In this document: one piece after another, positions 40,317 through 48,818 of the stretch
Layout of the letters: the number at the start of each line of letters is the position of its first letter
How positions within the stretch are numbered: position 1 is the stretch's first letter
DNA from: a virus
Direction: 5' to 3' (one strand)
Virus record (IMG/VR): IMGVR_UViG_3300035670_000067
Span: 1 to 64,000 of that record
Length of the DNA stretch: 64,000 bases
Notes under the pieces: generated by a model
Told to the model about the DNA's origin: nothing
What the model saw: only the letters and a program-made list of their open reading frames with translations
Database searches by the model: none
Made by a program: the position numbers and the translations under genes

Positions 40317-40936
40317 TATTCACCGACTTGTTGAAGTATTAGCCTCGGGATTTCTTCCAACATTCTTTTCTCTGCCAATTCTAAAGATTTATCCATCCAC
40401 TGATATCCTGGTGCAATCTTTGATACAGAAGTAGTAAACACAACACCATATTTTTCTGAGCCTGCTTTCTGCGCGTTCAGCCAAGTTGAAGTGCTAGTAT
40501 ATCTTAACTCATTATCTATGTATCTTTGGCGAAATTTGCCTCTTAATCTATTGTATGGAATAGCAAGTGCGTATGGATGTTTGTAAGATCTTGGAGGCAG
40601 CGCTTTTCTACCATACTGTTCTATGATCAATGGGAAAAACGCTTCCATGACTGATTCGGATAAAATGATTCTTGATGTCAATTTATTATTTTCTATTCTT
40701 AAGCTTACACCAGCACCAATTTTGGGATTTGTAATTTTTCTATTCTCAGATTTTAACTTATCAACTATACCTGCATATTTCCTAGTCGCTGGACTACGCA
40801 TCAAAACCGTTTTGAGTGACTGTCTTAAAATCTTTGGTCCATTAGCATTAATGACATTAATACTCTTTTGGACTTTCTTCAAAAGAACCTTACTTAATTT
40901 TGTTTCAAATTCTTTCGTTGATAAATTATTACGCAT
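40316..40936 (-). CDS. Putative neck/tail-completion protein (HK97 gp10-like)
   Basis: Basic protein, IIEQYG and PGYQWMDKSL motifs, position after head closure. Confidence 0.45.
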   Translation of the reverse strand: MRNNLSTKEFETKLSKVLLKKVQKSINVINANGPKILRQSLKTVLMRSPATRKYAGIVDKLKSENRKITNPKIGAGVSLRIENNKLTSRIILSESVMEAFFPLIIEQYGRKALPPRSYKHPYALAIPYNRLRGKFRQRYIDNELRYTSTSTWLNAQKAGSEKYGVVFTTSVSKIAPGYQWMDKSLELAEKRMLEEIPRLILQQVGE

Positions 40937-43070
40937 TGGCGAAATTCACTTCTTCTATACGTTCAGCGTTTACTTCCAAATGATGTCCTCTACCTGCCGC
41001 GTCATTGACGTGAACAACTCTAAATATAATTCCTTCTTCGCTTGTCATCGAACTTGATTCGCTCGCTTCAGAAGAGGAAGATGTGCTCAAAAATGTTGAG
41101 GAGCTCGAGCTGAATGAACTTGTTGAAGAACTGGAACTTCTAGTAGAACTGCTTGAAGAAGAAGAATAACTGTACGGTGTACTCAATTCTAACGTGCTCA
41201 GCGATGTTGAGCTATCAGATGATGATGTAGATTCAATTACACTACTGGACGATGAAGACGACTGTGAAGAAGTCGAAGATGATGAAGACGACTGTGAAGA
41301 ATCTGATGACTGAGAAGTTGGCGATGACGAACTACTAGACGATGATTCTTGCAGAAGCGTGGATGATGACGACGAAGATGTTTCTGACGCTTCGGTTGAC
41401 GAAGACGAAGACGAAGACGATGACGTTTCAGATGCTTCGGTTGACGAAGACGAAGACGAAGTTGATGACGAAGACGATGATAAAGACGAAGATGTTTCCG
41501 ATGCTTCGGTTGATGAAGAAGATAACGAAGTTGATGACGAAGACGAAGACGAAGACGATGACGTTTCAGATGCTTCGGTTGACGAAGACGAAGACGATGA
41601 CGAAGAAGTTTCCGATACTTCTGTTGATGAAGAAGATAGCGAAGTTGATGATGAAGACGAAGACGAAGACGATGACGTTTCAGATGCTTCGGTTGACGAA
41701 GACGAAGACGAAGACGAAGAAGTTTCCGATACTTCAGTTGATGACGACGAAGAGGATGACGAAGACGTTTCCGATACTTCTGTTGATGAAGAAGATAATG
41801 AAGTTGATGAAGATGATGACGAAGACGAAGATGATGTTTCCGACGCTTCGGTTGATGATGACGAAGATGAAGAAGAAGATGTTTCAGATGCTTCGGTTGA
41901 CGAAGACGATGACGAAGACGATAACGAAGACGATGACGTTTCAGATGCTTCGGTTGACGAAGACGAAGATGAACTACTTAAAGACGTAGAACTACTCGAA
42001 GACGACATTTCAGGTCCTTCTTCTTCAATGTCGCCAGATTCCATATTTACAGCTATTAAATCCGCGTTCCCCATAGTGTCTGGAATAGTGGGGAAAGAAG
42101 TAATATCATCAAATCTATACCAAGAATAAATATTAGCAAACTTTGGATGAGATTCTAGATTTTTTGGTCTACCGTCATTCCATATAAGAGCAACATCTGA
42201 TCCAGCTTTAGCGAATTCTCCTAAAGCTATTTCTTTATTTGAAATATAACCATCATCAAGATTTGTGTGCCAAAACACATAATCATCAAGATAGTAAGCA
42301 CCGCCAGAAACGGTGGCTGAAAGAAATTTAGATATTGATGTTCTAGAAACAACCGGTAGTGAAAAATCATTAGGAGTTGCCGTATACCCAATCAGCTTAT
42401 TATCTTCATATATTCTTATATCTTTTCCAGGATTGAATACACAAATAACACAATGCCATCTTCTATCATCGATGAAATTTGATTGATGTATGGAAGATGC
42501 AGTAAGATATAATTTGTTTTGCTGATTTCTACAATAAACTTGCCATATAGCACCAGGACCTGAATCAACTATCATTCGAATTCTAACGAAAATATCGCCC
42601 CAATTAGCTAAATTGACTAAGATTTGACTGAGAGCATATTGATTTAGATCTAAACCATCCCATCTCCACCAACATGAAATGGACCATCCAGAATTTGGAA
42701 AAAAAGAAACTGGAGGATTAGTCCCCACAAAATTGATAGATTCATCCACACCATCTAATCTTATTGCTTTTTGATTGCCGTAACTTGATGACGATGACCA
42801 ACTTGAAAACTCTATCGAAGATTCACCAATACTGCTTGAAGACCAAGAATTGAACTCTGCGCTTGTTGAAGTGCTAGATGTCGAGCTTCTTGACGATGAT
42901 GAAGAAGAACTGAATGAGCTATATTCTCGTGAAGTAAGAGAAGAAGATAATGAAGTTGATGAAGATGATGAAGATGATGAAGAGCTAAATGAATTGTATT
43001 CTCTTGAAGATATTGAAGAAAAACTTTGCGAATTTTCTGTACTACTCGATGAAGAAATATCTACAGACAT
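40929..43070 (-). CDS. Ser-rich LamG protein ending in the C-terminal strands of a head-closure protein
   Basis: Ser tract, LamG (RLDGVDESI..DRRWHCV..YLDD..WYRFD), ~320-aa Ser tract, then IFRVVHVNDAAGRGHHLEVNAERI. Confidence 0.75.
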   Translation of the reverse strand: MSVDISSSSSTENSQSFSSISSREYNSFSSSSSSSSSSTSLSSSLTSREYSSFSSSSSSSRSSTSSTSTSAEFNSWSSSSIGESSIEFSSWSSSSSYGNQKAIRLDGVDESINFVGTNPPVSFFPNSGWSISCWWRWDGLDLNQYALSQILVNLANWGDIFVRIRMIVDSGPGAIWQVYCRNQQNKLYLTASSIHQSNFIDDRRWHCVICVFNPGKDIRIYEDNKLIGYTATPNDFSLPVVSRTSISKFLSATVSGGAYYLDDYVFWHTNLDDGYISNKEIALGEFAKAGSDVALIWNDGRPKNLESHPKFANIYSWYRFDDITSFPTIPDTMGNADLIAVNMESGDIEEEGPEMSSSSSSTSLSSSSSSSSTEASETSSSSLSSSSSSSSTEASETSSSSSSSSSTEASETSSSSSSSSSSTSLSSSSTEVSETSSSSSSSSSTEVSETSSSSSSSSSTEASETSSSSSSSSSSTSLSSSSTEVSETSSSSSSSSSTEASETSSSSSSSSSSTSLSSSSTEASETSSSLSSSSSSTSSSSSSTEASETSSSSSSSSSTEASETSSSSSSTLLQESSSSSSSSPTSQSSDSSQSSSSSSTSSQSSSSSSSVIESTSSSDSSTSLSTLELSTPYSYSSSSSSSTRSSSSSTSSFSSSSSTFLSTSSSSEASESSSMTSEEGIIFRVVHVNDAAGRGHHLEVNAERIEEVNFANA
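41370..41975 (-). repeat. Tandem coding repeat (STEASETSSSSSSSS units)
   Basis: gtttcagatgcttcggttgacgaagacgaagac repeated more than 10 times with variants. Confidence 0.9.
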
Positions 43071-43348
43071 TATTCACCTGTCAAATCAATAAGTTGGTCA
43101 TTGTTATGCCATTGCATCAGCTGTGGAAATATCTCGCTGTAAGAATATCTATCCCATTGACTAAATTCTTCAGGCAGCAAATGCGGATTAGCTGAGTAAT
43201 GTTTAGTCACCTTTATAACTGTTAATCCAGTCTTTGTTCTTATACAATCACCAATATTCTTTTCAACTATTATTCCAGCATCCATGTATTCTTGAACTTT
43301 ATTCCAATTTTCTTGGAATGATGTATCAACTATGAAATAGATATTCAT
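43070..43348 (-). CDS. Small protein, possible LamG-fibre partner/chaperone
   Basis: Overlaps neighbours on both sides (ATGA and TAATG); YFI..R.KTG..VIK..P..L..YSYSEI..L..W pattern recalled from small genes beside LamG fibres. Confidence 0.55.
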   Translation of the reverse strand: MNIYFIVDTSFQENWNKVQEYMDAGIIVEKNIGDCIRTKTGLTVIKVTKHYSANPHLLPEEFSQWDRYSYSEIFPQLMQWHNNDQLIDLTGE

Positions 43349-44058
43349 GACGAGCTACTCCCACTGGTTGATGAAGATGATGAATTTGTTACGCTACTAG
43401 ACGATGACGATGATGATGAACTGTGAGAGCCATATCCGCTACTGGTACTTGAAGATTCAGAACTTGAAGAACTACTAGAAGCGGAAGAAGTGGACTCTGT
43501 TGCATAACCTATACTTGTGGAAGAACTTGAGCTAGAACTTCTAGAAGATTCACTAGATGAAGAACTCAGTGAGCTCGTGCTAGATAATGAACTAGTTGAA
43601 GACCAGCTTTGTGAAGTGCTCAGTTCTCTGCTCGAACTTGAATAAGAACTAGATGAACTTGATGAACTACTAGAAGAAGATGAACTTGAAGATGACCAGC
43701 TCGAAAATTCTATTGATGAACTACTTGAAGACGAACTTGACGAACTACTTGAAGAAGAACTAAATGAACTATACTCTTCATCTTCATCACCATATGCATA
43801 TTGCTGATGTACTCTTATGAAATCCCCATCTCTGATATTCGTGCCATAATCAAAGAAAAACAAGTATCTGGATTTCGATAAGTTCCCAGCATCCCCGCCT
43901 TCAGCTAAACTTGGAATTTCTTCTTGTTCAAATGTACATATTACATTTCTTGCGACAGTCACTAGCTTACGAATACGTTCTCCATATTCATTGCGCGTAC
44001 CAAGATCGCGCAATCTGAGTATCGAACATTTTCGTATTAGTAACCCTTGGAAACTCAT
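43345..44058 (-). CDS. Head-closure (SPP1 gp16-like) N-terminal part fused to a Ser-rich tail
   Basis: LLIRKCSILR..NEYGE..VARNVICTF..YLFFFDYGTNIRDGDFIRV followed by ~140 aa of poly-Ser. Confidence 0.7.
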   Translation of the reverse strand: MSFQGLLIRKCSILRLRDLGTRNEYGERIRKLVTVARNVICTFEQEEIPSLAEGGDAGNLSKSRYLFFFDYGTNIRDGDFIRVHQQYAYGDEDEEYSSFSSSSSSSSSSSSSSSSIEFSSWSSSSSSSSSSSSSSSSSYSSSSRELSTSQSWSSTSSLSSTSSLSSSSSESSRSSSSSSSTSIGYATESTSSASSSSSSSESSSTSSGYGSHSSSSSSSSSSVTNSSSSSTSGSSSS

Positions 44059-44723
44059 ACTGCTTCGTATACGAAACTGTTGAATTGAGGCAACAGAGAA
44101 AACAGATACTCAATATATTGATCCAAACTCATTCGTGTTGAATCGCTGGTCGTCCTGCCAGCTAACACGTAACGGTATTTGCCTATCTCTTCTTCAAGTA
44201 TATCACCCTTGGCATATACAGATGGATTTAATCTAGCCATTGTTCTATTGATTATGCAAAGCTGGAGCAAGGACAATATTGATGCAGGTGAAGATGTTCC
44301 AAATGTCCCAACGATTTTTATATTCCTTATCCCCTTGGGGAAAACGCCAGCTTCTTCGTCATTGCCATATTCTATGTTATCTATAGGATTTATAATTTCT
44401 ATCTTACCAGTGTTAGGTTCATACCAGATTTCTCTTGTCGCACTTGTCTGCGTCACATTTACACTTGTCTCGGCCAAATCTTCTCCAATAAGCGTCATGG
44501 AAACCAATGAAACTATGGGAATTGGAGTTACGAATAGATGCTTAGTCCCGTCGCCATCAAAGTATAATGTCTGTTCTATTGCTTCCCAAGTAAATCCAGA
44601 TTTTTGCGTAATTTCTTCGTAAGACGCACTTCTTATGAGAGTAGGTATATCACTAATACTAAAACTAGGATTCAATATCCTAAAATATTCTGCGATTTGA
44701 TCATCTGTCAGAAAATCGGCCAC
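44055..44723 (-). CDS. Head-tail adaptor/connector
   Basis: FDGDGTKHL..PIVSLVSM..FPKGIRNIKIVGTFG..EEIGKYRY. Confidence 0.75.
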   Translation of the reverse strand: MADFLTDDQIAEYFRILNPSFSISDIPTLIRSASYEEITQKSGFTWEAIEQTLYFDGDGTKHLFVTPIPIVSLVSMTLIGEDLAETSVNVTQTSATREIWYEPNTGKIEIINPIDNIEYGNDEEAGVFPKGIRNIKIVGTFGTSSPASILSLLQLCIINRTMARLNPSVYAKGDILEEEIGKYRYVLAGRTTSDSTRMSLDQYIEYLFSLLPQFNSFVYEAV

Positions 44724-44732
44724 GCTTCACCT

Positions 44733-45737
44733 CTATTCGTTAGGCTTAGTATCTGTCTTTTGACCGACTTTCTGACGCTTTTCCCATTCTTCGAATTTAC
44801 TTTCTGGCTTGCAATACAATCCCCTAGTGGGTTCGTTCGCTATATCACCCAATCCATCTGTCGCATAAGCAACAGCTTCTTCAAATGGGACATGATCGAA
44901 AACTTTCAATTCAGATTTTTCATTGCAATTGTATATCTTTAATCCAACAGCATCAAAGTGTGGCTTCAGCTGTGGAAAATATTCTTCTCGCATTCTCTTG
45001 TATGTATTCAAGTTACAATTGACAGCGCCCTTGTCGCGGCCTTCATCGAAATGATAGGTATTTGTTTCGCTCATATTAAGATCAACGCCAAGCAAGAATA
45101 TAGTTCTAAATCCAAGCAAGAACAATATCCTAATGGCCGGCAATATCACACTTCTACCACCGCCATAGTCTTCAGCATTCCCCCAATTAAGAGTATCTTC
45201 CCAAAGCCATCTATTGGCGTGGAATTTACTATTCCTCTTGAAATAGTACACGTTAGGGACATCGCCAACATTACAATCCAACGGACAATCGTTATAGTTG
45301 TCCCACAATGGTTTGTCTACCGCTCCTATCGGAACGAATTTCATAATCTTAGGATCAACCCAAATAGAACGAATAAATCTAGATGGATCATCAACACTGA
45401 TCCACGCATCTGGCCTATATGTTCTTGGACTATTGTTTAATCCTAGAGTCCAACAATTCTTCAATTTGGTCAAATCAAGAAGTTTGAAGCTTGGGCCGCC
45501 CGCTATGAGGAACGCCGTTGCGCCTTTGTAGTGCCCCAGTAAGGCGTTTGCAGTGTTCCCTTCTCTTGTCCAGAAGAAAGGCATTGGCTGAAACCATTCT
45601 TTTTCATAGGTGTGGCCCAGCCATAACTTTCTGTCTTTGATCATTTCATAAGCGCGGCCATCTCGCATACGAGAATCGTCTTTTCTGTCGCGCTTCAGCC
45701 CACGCTCACAGACATTGTTCATTTTCTTTGGCTTCAT
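44733..45737 (-). CDS. DUF115/Maf (Cst-like) glycosyltransferase
   Basis: AFLIAGGPSF, TLGLNN, ISVD, SVILPAIRILFLLGFRTIFLLGVD, KIYNCN..SELKVF. Confidence 0.7.
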   Translation of the reverse strand: MKPKKMNNVCERGLKRDRKDDSRMRDGRAYEMIKDRKLWLGHTYEKEWFQPMPFFWTREGNTANALLGHYKGATAFLIAGGPSFKLLDLTKLKNCWTLGLNNSPRTYRPDAWISVDDPSRFIRSIWVDPKIMKFVPIGAVDKPLWDNYNDCPLDCNVGDVPNVYYFKRNSKFHANRWLWEDTLNWGNAEDYGGGRSVILPAIRILFLLGFRTIFLLGVDLNMSETNTYHFDEGRDKGAVNCNLNTYKRMREEYFPQLKPHFDAVGLKIYNCNEKSELKVFDHVPFEEAVAYATDGLGDIANEPTRGLYCKPESKFEEWEKRQKVGQKTDTKPNE

Positions 45738-46468
45738 CGCTGAATCTCCAGATGTTTGCCAGCTTCAGGATCACGCTCATGATTTAGATGGAACTGTTTT
45801 TTCTTTGTAGACAATTTCCATTTTTGAAAACGCTTCTTGAACTGTAAGTCTGACTTTGGATTTAATCCTTTGTTGAACATGTGAAAATCTCTACTATTAC
45901 CTTCGATGTAGTATCCATTCAATAGGTTCTTGTGGACCATCTGAAAATATCCAGCTCCAACATTGCCCATTTTACGATTGCTGATTGCGGCTAAATCTGC
46001 AGTCTTTTCAATCAAAGACGGATATTGAATACAGTCTATTAATTGATCAACATCTTGCACTTTGTTTGACCAGCGTCCAACAGATATCATTTTGCTCAAT
46101 CTATCTTCTGAACTCATAATCAGTTCGGACACTTCTTTCCAAAATCCTAATTCATAAACCATGTCACAATCAGAAAACACAACATATTCGGTATCTTCGT
46201 CAAGCATCTTTACTTGATCATTTCTGGTATAGCCGCGCATAGCGAAACGTTCTTTATCTTCCATTAAAAGCAACTTAATCTTTAATCCACACTTCCTATA
46301 GAAATCTACAACTTCTTCAGTTGTTGGATTCCCATTGTTGGGCATGGCACACACGTTAACGACCAATTGATTCTGCGAAAAGAATTTTTGTTCAACTGCT
46401 AAACTGGATAAATCCCAGCAAAGACGTCTCTGATAATTGTGACACAATAATAGGATCTCTATTTTCAT
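45734..46468 (-). CDS. GT-A (GT2-like) glycosyltransferase
   Basis: RGYTRN, YVVFSDCDMVY (DxD), GAGYFQMV. Confidence 0.75.
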   Translation of the reverse strand: MKIEILLLCHNYQRRLCWDLSSLAVEQKFFSQNQLVVNVCAMPNNGNPTTEEVVDFYRKCGLKIKLLLMEDKERFAMRGYTRNDQVKMLDEDTEYVVFSDCDMVYELGFWKEVSELIMSSEDRLSKMISVGRWSNKVQDVDQLIDCIQYPSLIEKTADLAAISNRKMGNVGAGYFQMVHKNLLNGYYIEGNSRDFHMFNKGLNPKSDLQFKKRFQKWKLSTKKKQFHLNHERDPEAGKHLEIQR

Positions 46469-46474
46469 GTTACC

Positions 46475-48052
46475 TCACGGAGTTAGATATTGTCTGAAGT
46501 TGTGTTTGACGATTCTTCGTTTGCCGCCAAGTCTTGTTATGACATACCATACAAGAGTGTCTTGGGAAGGTATTGGCATCTTACCGCCGCACATCCGCGC
46601 TAGATGCTTTGTGAAGGCTGTTTTTTCAATCGAGAAAAACGTACAAATTCTTTTGTGGCGATGCTTAGGCTGTTCTATCTTCAGCCCACTAAATAGAGGC
46701 TTTGTCTTATTGAAGTCTGGCAGCTTGTCTGCCCACCAATCTAATAGATGAAGCCAGTGGATTCCATTTTTCTCATAAATCGGATCATGTTTAATCTTAG
46801 TGTATCCCCAAGGTGAAGCTGTCAAGGTTGCGTCCCACGCTTCTTCGGGAATTTCTATTTTATCACACTTTGGCGTCACATCGCAATCCATCTTTATCCA
46901 ATATCTAGTCTTTACATTTTTCGCAACACCGAAAACAAATGCGCTGAGCATATGCTCTTTGTCTGACAAATCTGAAGAGTTCGGCCAAGTGATAACGCGA
47001 GTGCTGTTGTCTACTTCTGTAATAACAAAATCAATACATTTGCTGTCAGCAAATACAATCTTTTTCATATGTTTGATAGGTTCGACATTCTGCCAAAGTT
47101 TCCAATTCTTCAAGAAATGATGTAAATACTTATTATTGACTGCTGTTACTAATGTACAAAGATCCGCATTATTGTCTTTCTCTTGCAACCACTTTTCTAC
47201 TGAGCTATCGTGAAAGCAAGAATGCTCAATATCAATGAATCCATTCTCTCGCATCTCAGAATATGTCTTTTTCCAATATTCGCAATTCTTATATCTACCG
47301 ACATGCTTGTGTCCATGATAATGTATAATCTTTGTATCTTTGGTGACTGTTCCAAATCTAACAGATTCGCCCCATTCTGTGCCAGCCAATCTATGCTCTA
47401 CAAGAGGAAGCATTAGCTGACACGCTATTTCGTCAACTATTCTAGTCGTACAGCGCTTCTCATACCCGCGCTGACATATCTCATTCCATTTTTCTAAGGC
47501 TGGATCACCACTAATCCAGCCATTGATGCCCGTGTTTATTGCCGCGCCATAGGCTAACGCGCCAGCTATTAATTCAGGGCAAGCCTTCTTCCAAGCGTTT
47601 ATTCTACGTGAAATAGAACTACCAGTTGTTTTCCAATTCGCAAAATTCCCTGTAACAAATCCATTAGCTGCTATCATCATGAAATATTCATCTATTGGAT
47701 TCAAAACAAGTGTATCGGCATCCAGAAACATCACTAAATCAAAATTATTCACATAGCGATGTAATGTTGGCTTTATGCTCAGCGGATAATCATTAGATTC
47801 TGGCATATAAGCGGTGAAACACTTGAGCTCTTTCAATTTTGAAAGGAACCAGTCGTCCTGCAACCCCTGTAACAGAACAACTATACTTCCATTCCAAACC
47901 TTGCGCAATGAATAGATGCTAACAAGCATCCTCAAGCAGCATTTTGTTCCACGATTGAAATAGATTACTGTCTTACTGCATGTTAAAGAATCTAACATAT
48001 TTTCTTCCATCAATAACTCGTTTAATGATGTTTCTTTGGTTGTAGCACTCAT
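46475..48052 (-). CDS. Two-domain GT-A glycosyltransferase (GT8-like N-domain plus second DxD domain)
   Basis: VSIYSLRK, MFLDADTLV, INTG, IIHYHG; second domain YWIKMDCDV...SQDT. Confidence 0.75.
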   Translation of the reverse strand: MSATTKETSLNELLMEENMLDSLTCSKTVIYFNRGTKCCLRMLVSIYSLRKVWNGSIVVLLQGLQDDWFLSKLKELKCFTAYMPESNDYPLSIKPTLHRYVNNFDLVMFLDADTLVLNPIDEYFMMIAANGFVTGNFANWKTTGSSISRRINAWKKACPELIAGALAYGAAINTGINGWISGDPALEKWNEICQRGYEKRCTTRIVDEIACQLMLPLVEHRLAGTEWGESVRFGTVTKDTKIIHYHGHKHVGRYKNCEYWKKTYSEMRENGFIDIEHSCFHDSSVEKWLQEKDNNADLCTLVTAVNNKYLHHFLKNWKLWQNVEPIKHMKKIVFADSKCIDFVITEVDNSTRVITWPNSSDLSDKEHMLSAFVFGVAKNVKTRYWIKMDCDVTPKCDKIEIPEEAWDATLTASPWGYTKIKHDPIYEKNGIHWLHLLDWWADKLPDFNKTKPLFSGLKIEQPKHRHKRICTFFSIEKTAFTKHLARMCGGKMPIPSQDTLVWYVITRLGGKRRIVKHNFRQYLTP

Positions 48053-48818
48053 TTAACAATTCCTCTGCTGCCTCTTCATGCTCTAAATGTACCTTCAGTG
48101 TCTCTATAAATTTTTTCAACAAATCGAACTGCTCTTTGCTTATCCCAGTAACACACTCTTTCACTTCACCAAAATCAAATCTAATTGGATCGCATCTTAT
48201 TGAACTATCATTGTCGCCTATAAGATTCTGTATAACTAACACTAATTCCATCAATGATAAAGTGCTGATATCTGGGATTTTATTGCTCGTGACACAATCT
48301 ATGAAATTATCTAACTCTGCAAATTTGATTCTTGTCAACGGATTATCTGTAACAATGTAAGATTTATTTATCAGCAATGATAGCGCGATATTGCACACCG
48401 TTGTATCAGTCCTCATTGATGAACAAAATCCATATAAGCTTGGAACATCAATTATATTTATTCTTGAACCGCTAATAGACGAGCAGTTGTTATGTTCTGA
48501 TTTGAATAAAACAAATCGCTTGTATTTCTTGGATCTAATGATATCTAAACACTTTACATTCAATGCATGTAAATATCCTACGAAGTCTTGCTCTTTCCAC
48601 AACTCTTCATAATCCAGTATAACACACCAATATATCGTGTCATACTCTTCTTTTATTTCGTAATTTAGAATATCACAGATTTCAAGATTTGCAACATCAA
48701 TATCGTTGAATTTGTGGTATAGATTTATATCTACACCATCTACTTTTCTTAAATTGCCAATATTGGAAAATATCTTATATCCAACATTCCCCAATGCTCC
48801 AATCACCAGATCTTTCAT
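47973..48818 (-). CDS. NAD-dependent epimerase/dehydratase-like protein (degenerate)
   Basis: Rossmann LVIGALGNVG, LYGFCSSMRTD; no clear YxxxK. Confidence 0.55.
   Translation of the reverse strand: MKDLVIGALGNVGYKIFSNIGNLRKVDGVDINLYHKFNDIDVANLEICDILNYEIKEEYDTIYWCVILDYEELWKEQDFVGYLHALNVKCLDIIRSKKYKRFVLFKSEHNNCSSISGSRINIIDVPSLYGFCSSMRTDTTVCNIALSLLINKSYIVTDNPLTRIKFAELDNFIDCVTSNKIPDISTLSLMELVLVIQNLIGDNDSSIRCDPIRFDFGEVKECVTGISKEQFDLLKKFIETLKVHLEHEEAAEELLNECYNQRNIIKRVIDGRKYVRFFNMQ

Noticed and set aside
41342-42129. Plus-strand poly-Asp/Glu and Thr/Lys ORFs (also 31667-32032, 42850-43092)
   Set aside because: Reverse complements of TCN Ser codons give GAN codons; no independent coding evidence
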